NCBI RefSeq assembly: GCF_001194135.2
Contig: NC_068984.1
Span: 21,961,530-22,025,529, forward strand
Direction of reading: 5' to 3'
DNA length: 64,000 bases
From: Octopus bimaculoides
Taxonomy: Eukaryota
Position numbers and translations under genes: made by a program. Within the stretch, counting starts at the first letter, position 1. Every line of letters begins with the position of its first letter. The notes under the pieces are model-generated. The model was not told the DNA's origin. It saw only the letters and a list, made by a program, of their open reading frames with translations, and searched no databases. Shown here one piece after another: positions 54,711 through 64,000 of the stretch.

Positions 54711-56124
54711 TGCCGCTGAGGCATTAAAGTATTAAGAAAATGACAAGATAACGAAGTTTGTGTAAGAAAATGACGAGATAATGGTGTTTGTATAAGAAAA
54801 TATAATCTAAGTCAAACCTTTAGTGACATCAAGGTTTTACCAATTTAACAGTATCGTAGATAGAGCAACTAAACAGGGATTGGCTGTTTTTATTCGAAAT
54901 AAACAAATAAATAACTAATAAAAAATATTAGCACGCTTATACAAGTGAGCTTTGAATCAGTTTATATCACGCCATTTCCCATTCTAATATATTCATTGAA
55001 TCGTATTCTTGTATTGGGCAATATAAGCCGCTCTGATTTCGATCAATTTATGCTGAAATTTAGATAGCAACACATTGAATAATTATAGTGTCCATGGCAT
55101 TACTTGGTGTAGGTGTCGCTGTTATTATTGATATCAGTAGTGAAGGTCATTAATTTAAAGTCAGTAGTGCTGACAGAAGCTATAGTTTGGATTGAGGGTG
55201 AAAAATGGTTTTAGTGATGTGGTAGCAATAACAAGGGCGACAGATGGGAAAGAAAGAGGAGGCGAGAGCGGAAACTGTAAAACGTTTCTAGAGATTTATA
55301 CGCAAACCTGTGATTCTAAATGATTTTTTTTTTTTTACTCTTAACACAAAATATGTCTTTTGCTTCTATCAAGTTATCTCTGTACTGCAAATCAATGTCA
55401 AACTGATTCAAATCGAGACAGAAATGTCAATCAGTGTTCCTTAATTAATTTATTTATTTGTATAATTCATTTATTTATTGCTCCTGGCTATGAAGAAAAG
55501 GCAGTTATTAACGTTTTCAAATAGATAACGGTTTTAGACATTTAAATATTTTCGCGGATACACTTATCTCTTCCATTCCATTCATTAGAAATTTGCATCT
55601 TCGTCATCCTTTCTTTCTTTCTTTTCCCGTCTGTCTATCTTTCTATCTCTTTTCCTCTCTCTCTTACTGCCTTCTTACTATCTTGTAATCATCAAAAATA
55701 CATTAAAAAGAACAAGAGGCGCATCGGAATGATTTTAATTCTGGCAGGGAATGATGATGTAGATTATGATGATGAAGATGAATATGATATAGGGATGATC
55801 GTGAGAAAGACGAAGATAGGGTGACTAAAGACAAGATAGAAATCGGTCAATGTCAATAATAAAGAGTAGCAGTAACAGTAGTACCGATGTTATATTTAGA
55901 TTACAGCGGCATGAATTATCACCACTTATTTCATTTATCAACTTAACCCTATCTTTCTAAACTCAGAGGCTCTAGTAGTTAAGAAATAGAATTCACAATC
56001 ACGAAGTTCCGATTTTCATCTCACTGTATTGCACTGTGGTCAAGTGTCATTTCCGTTCTTCTGAGTTGACGGTGATCAATGAGTGGAATTGGGTTGACGA
56101 AAATTGCAATAGCCAATTATACAT

Positions 56125-56155
<31 letters not shown>

Positions 56156-56368
56156 TATATGTATATATACATTCGCACGCCGACCCCCATTCGACCCCTA
56201 GGCTATCATCGACACAGTGTAAATTGCTTACCGTCCCCTAGGGGCTCCCTCGGACCCCCTTTGGCGATCCCTGGTTTAGATCATCAGTGAAATATATCCC
56301 TCATATTCTTTGCATATATATATATATATATATATATATACAAATAAACAAATAGATAGATAGATAGG

Positions 56369-56405
<37 letters not shown>

Positions 56406-56890
56406 GATAATTGTAGTTTCTATGCAACAACATGGAATGTGTAGAGAATCTGTGTGAAACAGATGATTATAAACAGCGTGGGTTTGACACTGAACACAAG
56501 AAATAAAAGTAACAAAAGTACTGAAATTTTACTTTAGCAAGTTTAATTAGTCTTGATATTTCAGTCAAAATATCTTTTTAGAAAATTGCTACGGGAAAAA
56601 GAGATATGAATTATGTGTCTTAACATATAATTCATATCCGTTTGTGAGTGAGTGTGTGTGTGTCTGTGTGTGTGTATGTGCACGTCTCTCTTGCTCTCTC
56701 TCCCGCTCTATACTTCTGGAAAGTTTACTCGAAATATTAGGACTATTCAAAAATTTCTAACATGGTGTCAGTATCTTTGATATTGTAATAATTTATATGT
56801 AACCGATCTGATTTCAATTAATCTTTTGTAATACACTGATGTTCCACACCCAGACATACAAATACATACACGCGCGCTCACTCACACACA

Positions 56891-56892
<2 letters not shown>

Positions 56893-56988
<96 letters not shown>
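56893..56988. repeat. (GT)n microsatellite
   Basis: Directly visible. Confidence 0.98.
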
Positions 56989-56989
<1 letters not shown>

Positions 56990-57234
56990 ATAAAGTTGCT
57001 CGTGGAGAAAGGTGACTGTCCAGTAGTTTTTAACCGGATACATATTGTTGTTTATGCTGCTATTCTTGTTTAACCTTAATACAGTAATTATCCAACATGC
57101 CTATTATTAAGACTACTTTATCCAAGACTCATTTTATTTTGGGGTGTGGAGCATGATTCAATAGATTCTTCATTTTAAAGATAGTAATAAGTACGATTTG
57201 ATTGTTTTAAACAAATAGCTCAATCAACTACGTA

Positions 57235-57330
57235 GTCTTTCCTACTATAGACACAAGGCCTGAAATTTTTGGGGAAGGGGTAAGTCATTTACATCGACCC
57301 CAGTTCTTAGCTGGTGCTTAATTTATCGCA
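57235..57330 (-). mobile_element. 3' fragment of SINE family A
   Basis: CCTACTATAGACACAAGGCCTGAAATTTTTGGGGAAGGGG..CATCGACCCCAG. Confidence 0.75.
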
Positions 57331-58822
57331 GTCGACCACGTAGTGGCCTACTCGTGATTCGTCAAATCGTAGTAATTCTATGGTCATTGTGGCATACATC
57401 GATTAAATCCAGATGATTAACAATATTCCAGCGCTGATCATCACATATGTATAGATATAAAGGACTTCGTTGTATAATGCTTTCTGTGTCTTTTTTTTTT
57501 AGATAACATGAGATGATATGCAGTTATAAAACTCATGTGAATACTATTTATTACAGTCTTTAAGAATCATGCTCGAGGGAATCTGATGGATCTGATCCAT
57601 ATCGAAACAATATCTCTTTTATATTTGAATACAACAATAGGACAAGAGACACTCCTTCCAGTTTTATAATATTCTCAATATATACTGTGCTAACCATTGC
57701 ACATCAACGGTACTTCGGTACAGTTACATAATATGAACCACTTGGATACATATGTTGCTACTGGTATCGCATTTTGTTGCATAAGAAACCTACAATCTAG
57801 CGGACCTATGATCAAAAACATTCCATTTGTGATGACATCCGCGTGAACATAATTTTCAGGAGTGTTGCATCCAGAATCGCATTATATAATGCGTTCATTT
57901 ACCATGGCGGTATGGTAGAATTTGATAGCGGTTTGGCTGCTATTTCTTGGTCATATGCCTCCTATAAGACCACCTAGCTGGTTCGTACGATGCATTGATT
58001 TTTTTCCTTTGACAAACTGGATCCTATGGATTTGGTCAAGCCTGTTTTTGAACTCTTTCACTTCAAAGCATACAAACATGTACACATTTCCTCAGCCCCA
58101 TGTATGAAAGAATTTAAATATACATTTATAGGAGAGTGCAATCAGACTATACCACAATCATAACTTTAGCAAAAACTGGGGTGACTCAAATGAAACATCT
58201 GAACCAAGAACTGAATTTAGTTACACGTTTGTAACATAGAACACTTATCTCTTATTCTATGTCACTCCCACTCATTCACACACAATCTTAATTATCAAAA
58301 ATGTCTACGAAAGAAACGCTGACAAGAAATTTAAAAAGAGAAACGCTTTTAAGTAAATGACCCCAGCCTACCCCCAATCTGTTATATATCTACAAACGTA
58401 TCCACTGTAGTATCTATAATGTAGAAGCTATTGGGAAAGTTTACAATGCGGTTAAAATTCTACGTCAATCCTTGCACTAAGATTTAGATTCCAGGTTAAT
58501 CTATTGTTGAGATGTAAGAAAGCAATGTAATCTTGAGATTTGTAAAGTATGTAGCACATGAGAAACCGAGGAGTCTTTTCTAACCTCAGTTTTGATTTGA
58601 GTTTGTGTATTCTTTAAATTATTCCCAAGCTTCCGATTTACATCACTGTGTTAGAAATGTGCAAATCTAAAGAGCTAACGTAGTCATTCGACACAGTTCG
58701 CTAAACAGTGAATAAAAAGCTAGCTTTAGTTAATTATAAAGTGAGAGGAAAAATTATATTTCTTTAAAATAATTCGATTTTTTCAGCAGATACTAACTTA
58801 ATTTTTCTTATGCTTTTTATAC

Positions 58823-58867
58823 CTGACTCTCCTTCAAATGTTAAGGAATATGAATTTCCTTCAAATG
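58823..58867 (-). CDS. Candidate 45-nt phase 1-1 exon (xFEGNSYSLTFEGES)
   Basis: Acceptor TTCTTTAACTACCCTTAG, donor CAG|GTATAA, open in phase 1. Confidence 0.35.
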
Positions 58868-59477
58868 CTAAGGGTAGTTAAAGAACATGAATTAGATTAT
58901 GAAATAATAATTCATTCTAGTTCAAACAGCTTTCACAAATGACTTACTAACTGTATCGTTGCAGCTGAGTGAGCGCTAAAATCTTATCGTGAAACTTGGA
59001 TTCAAATAAAAATTAAAACAAATACAAGTACTATAATCATGTACTGATCAGAACATTTTATCCAATCAAAAAAATCTGCATGGATGTTATCCATGGTAAC
59101 ATATTAATGTTTTAATGTTACTTTATAGATTATATATGTATACTTGAAGCTAAAAGAAAAAAAGGATATGCAATATGCAATGCAAATAACCTAATACATA
59201 CACACACATATATATATGTGGAATTTATAGACATTTAATGCATCGCTACGCGCGTTTCCACAAATCTCGTCTCTTAAGATCACAATCCGTATTCTTATGA
59301 TGATTACACTGTAGTCCGTAGTACTAGTTCACCAGTCAGTATCATTAGACTCCGTGCGGCATAATGGAATAAGAGCTTTATTTGCATATTCAAAACTATT
59401 CCCTTAAACAAATTTGAAAGATATGTGTGTGTGTGTTTCTGAGTCTATGGGTGTGTTGGTGTATATGTTCTTTTGTT

Positions 59478-59632
59478 CTTTTACTCATTTGCTTGTTTCA
59501 TGCCTTCGGCCACACTGGAGCACCGCCTTAAAGAGTTTTGTAGTCGAAGAAATCGATCTCAGGGCTCGTTCATTGTAAGCCTAGTACTTGTTCTGTCGGG
59601 CTCTTGGGCCGAACCACTAAGTTACTGGGAAC
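59478..59632 (-). mobile_element. 3' half of SINE family B
   Basis: GGCCACACTGGAGCACCGCCTT..GTAAGCCTAGTACTT..GCCGAACCACTAAGTTAC. Confidence 0.82.
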
Positions 59633-61417
59633 TGCGTGCATGTGCAATATAAGTCATCTTCGTGGTTCACAGCTAATGTGTTAACAAAGATATCTCGGAG
59701 GTTTTGTGGGAAATATTTAGCATCTTAAAATTTATAATAAAAATATGCAATATTCTTGATAATGTAATCAGAAACAATTTGTCTCCATAGAATAGAGGAT
59801 TAGATGATGATAGTATTTTTGTCTCAACTGTGCCGGCGTTGAAGTCTAAATGGAAAAAGAGAGTCTCAACGACTATTTTACATATTAAAAAGGCATTTGT
59901 CACCGTCATTAATAGAAGGGAACTAAATCATTTTATAGCGTCAGTGGAAAATAAAAGACAACATTTGAGTCGATAAAGAAGTCTCTGTGTAGCTATGCGT
60001 GTTGCATGAAATAGTCATCAAATCAATCTCTTTCACTGGAGGAGTTAGATTTGATGGCTAAACGTTAGTGCCATAAAATGTTGCGGTCACACTGCTTAAT
60101 GTAATCCGAGGTACCGAAAATCACACAATGCGATTGGGCAGTAAATGCAGTTAATCCCAAGGAAAAAAGACAGACAAAAAAGAGACAGAAAAGAAAAAGA
60201 ATAACAACAAATAACTATGAAATATGTGACTTAATTTTTATTTCCAGTTACAACAAAAATCTTCATTTGTGAAAGACGCTCTAATCTAGTTGTCTTATTT
60301 ATGATTAGCAATATATCATTTATATAGTTTCTCCTCGGGCAAAATGATGGCGTTTTTTTTCCTTAAGATAACACAAGGAATATAATTATAGACTGTAATT
60401 AGACATTAATTATCATCAGGCTAATACTTCATGTCCTGTTTAAGGAATTTCGTTATACCCTAAAGTGAAATACTTATCTCTGCTTCCTTGAATATTCTTA
60501 GCTAATTATGAGCTTATAATTAACCTAGCATTATGATATTGAAAACAAACGTTGATAATTTCGAAATATCGTCCGTTCTTATTCCCAGCAGCAGAAGTAG
60601 AGAGGAACAGCAGCGCAACAACAGCAGCAGTAGTTTTGGTGGTACTTGCAGTAATAGCAGTTTATCTGCTGTCAACCCATTTCTAATAGATCTGAGAGTA
60701 AATGTGATCCGGCCCTGAACTTCCTGCTTAATTACATCCAGAGTGTAGAGAGTGTACACAGTTCAATGTGTACATTTTTTTGAAAGATAGTAGGGCCCGA
60801 TTTGCGCGACTGTTTTAGCACTCATTTTTTTTTAATGGCATTTTTTGCCGCAGTTCAGTATTGTAATTTCATAAAATGAAGAGTTTTAGACAATGGTATA
60901 ATATAGATGCAATTGTGCTAGCTGGAGAATGGACTACTAATGAAAATTAACTCCTTTTACGAATCACTAAGAAAAGTTTCATTTGTATAACTAGTGGCCT
61001 TTTATACATTTTCACACCTTGCTGAAATGAGATAATTTATAATTAAGTATTCGTCTTAGAAGAATAATGTGATATCTTCTCAGATATTAACGTTCATATG
61101 ATTATTCCATTGGCCGCTGAAATAGTTGGAATAACATATCATATTGCAACAACTTCTTTATGTAGGTTCAAAATATATAAATGTTTTAACCATACAAAGC
61201 TTAACTGCAAGCAAGGAAAATCTTGGTTTGTATGTTAGATTCTGCACACAGACAAAATCACATACACACACACACACACGTACACAAAACACACACACTT
61301 ATACATATATGCATACGTATATGTGTATATGCATTTACATGTTTATATTTTGGGTAGGTTGGGAATGTAGAATCAATGAATTCAGATCAACATGGCCTGC
61401 GAGCTGCTGTTGGTGCA

Positions 61418-61442
61418 CAACTACTACTATTACTACTATTAC

Positions 61443-61478
<36 letters not shown>

Positions 61479-61508
61479 CATCACCGCAGCCACCGCCGCT
61501 ACTACATT

Positions 61509-61547
<39 letters not shown>

Positions 61548-61548
61548 A
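61418..61548. repeat. (TAC)n/(CAC)n trinucleotide microsatellite
   Basis: Directly visible. Confidence 0.97.
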
Positions 61549-62177
61549 TTTGCACAAATGCATTTCAGCATCATGTAGGTTTGAAAATAACTATATATTC
61601 CATATACTGTCAATATATTCTTGGCTTTAAGACTTAGCTATGTACTTTAGTAGCCATCTCCCACCAATGTACTGAACGGTTAATGTTATAACTTTATATA
61701 TCAGCGGTCACCTCCTAACAGTATACTTTACATATACTCATATCCGAGTAAAATTTTCTATGTATCGCACCTTAGTAATATTTCCCATGTATCACGGCAT
61801 AGTTATATTTTCAAATATTGTAACTAATGAGAATCGACTCCCGTAAGTAATTACACTTTTGTGCTTGTATTGGGATATCATAAATTCCATTTGCCTTACT
61901 TTCCAAACCCCAATTCGAATACCAAATACGAAATACATATTGAGTCATACATACATTTTGTAACCGCAGATTCATAAATATGGTTCTTAAAGATTTCAAG
62001 GCTTGGAACACCCAGAATTATCGTATAAAGTATCTTCAAGTTACATCAGAAATTTATAACATGTTCATGACATGACGTACACACACACCCCCCACACATA
62101 CATTGGTGTGTGTATGTATGGTGTTCAGTGAAGGGAAAATATAATCTAAGGACAGAAGATACGTTTCAGATATAACA

Positions 62178-62330
62178 TACAGGCGTGGCTGTGTGGTAAG
62201 AAGCTTACTTCCCAATCATATGGTTCCGGGTTCAGTCCGGTGCGTGGTACTTTGGACAATTGTCTTCTACTATAGCTTCGATCCAACCAAGTAGATTTGG
62301 TAGACGGAAACTGAAAGAAGCGCGTAGTAT
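62178..62330 (+). mobile_element. 5' half of SINE family B
   Basis: CAGGCGTGGCTGTGTGGTAAGAAGCTT..GGTTCCGGGTTCAGTCC..GGTAGACGGAAACTGAAAGAAGC, followed by (TA)n. Confidence 0.9.
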
Positions 62331-63821
62331 ATATATATGTATATATATATATATATAGATATATATATATATATATATTCAAGGTGAATATGGTAGTTAA
62401 GTTTAGGCATGGTATTATACATACAATTTCAAAATAAGGTGTTAAAATCAAAATAAGCAACAAGGATATCCAAAGTTAATGCGGTACGATCGTTTCATGC
62501 GATGTGAACATTACATCAAATGTAAAATGCAGAGCAATCTTCAGCCGCAAAAAGATATAGAAATTTACTGAAATTTCATTTCAACAGAAATTTCATTTCT
62601 CCAAGTAGAAAGGAAGAATGCAAAAAAACCATTTTGACTTAGCCAGACCATAGTCCTCCTTCAAACCCAGAAGAATTAACAAGTGAGACAGAGACAGGCA
62701 GAAGCAAGAAAAATGCCGCTGTTACTTGAATACTATACAAATATGTCTTTAAAAAACACTTTTCTTTTAAATTTACCAAAATTTAATTTTTCAATAATTT
62801 TTCAAAAATCTATTATTCATATTTACTGTTGAAAAGATCTCAAGGATCGAAACCGGTTCTGTAATGTTCTTTATAAAAGTATTTTAGCATTTTCTACTTT
62901 GTCTTTTTTCCATATATATNNNNNNNNNNNNNNNNNNNNNNNNNNNNNNNNNNNNNNNNNNNNNNNNNNNNNNNNNNNNNNNNNNNNNNNNNNNNNNNNN
63001 NNNNNNNNNNNNNNNNNNNNNNNNNNNNNNNNNNNNNNNNNNNNNNNNNNNNNNNNNNNNNNNNNNNNNNNNNNNNNNNNNNNNNNNNNNNNNNNNNNNN
63101 NNNNNNNNNNNNNNNNNNNNNNNNNNNNNNNNNNNNNNNNNNNNNNNNNNNNNNNNNNNNNNNNNNNNNNNNNNNNNNNNNNNNNNNNNNNNNNNNNNNN
63201 NNNNNNNNNNNNNNNNNNNNNNNNNNNNNNNNNNNNNNNNNNNNNNNNNNNNNNNNNNNNNNNNNNNNNNNNNNNNNNNNNNNNNNNNNNNNNNNNNNNN
63301 NNNNNNNNNNNNNNNNNNNNNNNNNNNNNNNNNNNNNNNNNNNNNNNNNNNNNNNNNNNNNNNNNNNNNNNNNNNNNNNNNNNNNNNNNNNNNNNNNNNN
63401 NNNNNNNNNNNNNNNNNNNNNNNNNNNNNNNNNNNNNNNNNNNNNNNNNNNNNNNNNNNNNNNNNNNNNNNNNNNNNNNNNNNNNNNNNNNNNNNNNNNN
63501 NNNNNNNNNNNNNNNNNNNNNNNNNNNNNNNNNNNNNNNNNNNNNNNNNNNNNNNNNNNNNNNNNNNNNNNNNNNNNNNNNNNNNNNNNNNNNNNNNNNN
63601 NNNNNNNNNNNNNNNNNNNNNNNNNNNNNNNNNATATTTCGACCAAAGATTCGTCCAGGCCATGTCTAACTTAATAGCAAGCAAAATCTGATAGGATTAT
63701 CTAAATCGTTTTTAAGTCAAGTTTTCTGGTATCATGGTCCCATCGAGTCGCGAGTTCTTGTTGAGTGAGTTGTATCCAGGTATATACATACATACATACA
63801 TACATACATACATACATACAT

Positions 63822-63868
<47 letters not shown>

Positions 63869-64000
63869 CGCACACCTATACACACACAAACACACACATC
63901 CTCACATTCACACAGATATATATAAACATCTATGTGGATGCATATTTACATGAACATATAATTTGACATCGGGTTAATTATATAATTACGTATTACTTAA

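Noticed and set aside
56165-56280. Right end of a second hAT MITE (..TTGGCGATCCCTG)
   Set aside because: No left TIR or TSD is visible.
62884-63684. Long ORFs of 250-266 aa, and similar X-rich ORFs elsewhere
   Set aside because: They are open only because they span N-gaps or dinucleotide repeats.

Overview
AT-rich eukaryotic (animal) genomic DNA from a draft scaffold, with 12 N-gaps, most bordered by microsatellites. The repeat content resembles octopus/coleoid cephalopod genomes: dense (TA)n/(CA)n/(GA)n/(AAT)n tracts and two very abundant tRNA-headed SINE families. That assignment is an inference from recalled family features, not a search result. No complete protein-coding gene is recognisable, and most listed ORFs are microsatellite or gap artefacts. 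Well supported features are: a decayed Penelope-like retroelement (RT + GIY-YIG, 39191-40492); a 5'-truncated R4/Dong-type RLE retrotransposon flanked by (AAT)n on both sides, with an older relative directly behind it (50531-52873); about 20 SINE copies, including modular tandem composites; three DNA-transposon MITEs with TIRs and TSDs; and two ~280-bp foldback elements. The most notable signals are a minimal type I hammerhead ribozyme with an intact core on the minus strand (48120-48222) plus several decayed relatives, a chain of short symmetric phase-1 exon candidates on the minus strand, and a 116-bp duplication whose ends match an apparent exon's splice sites.
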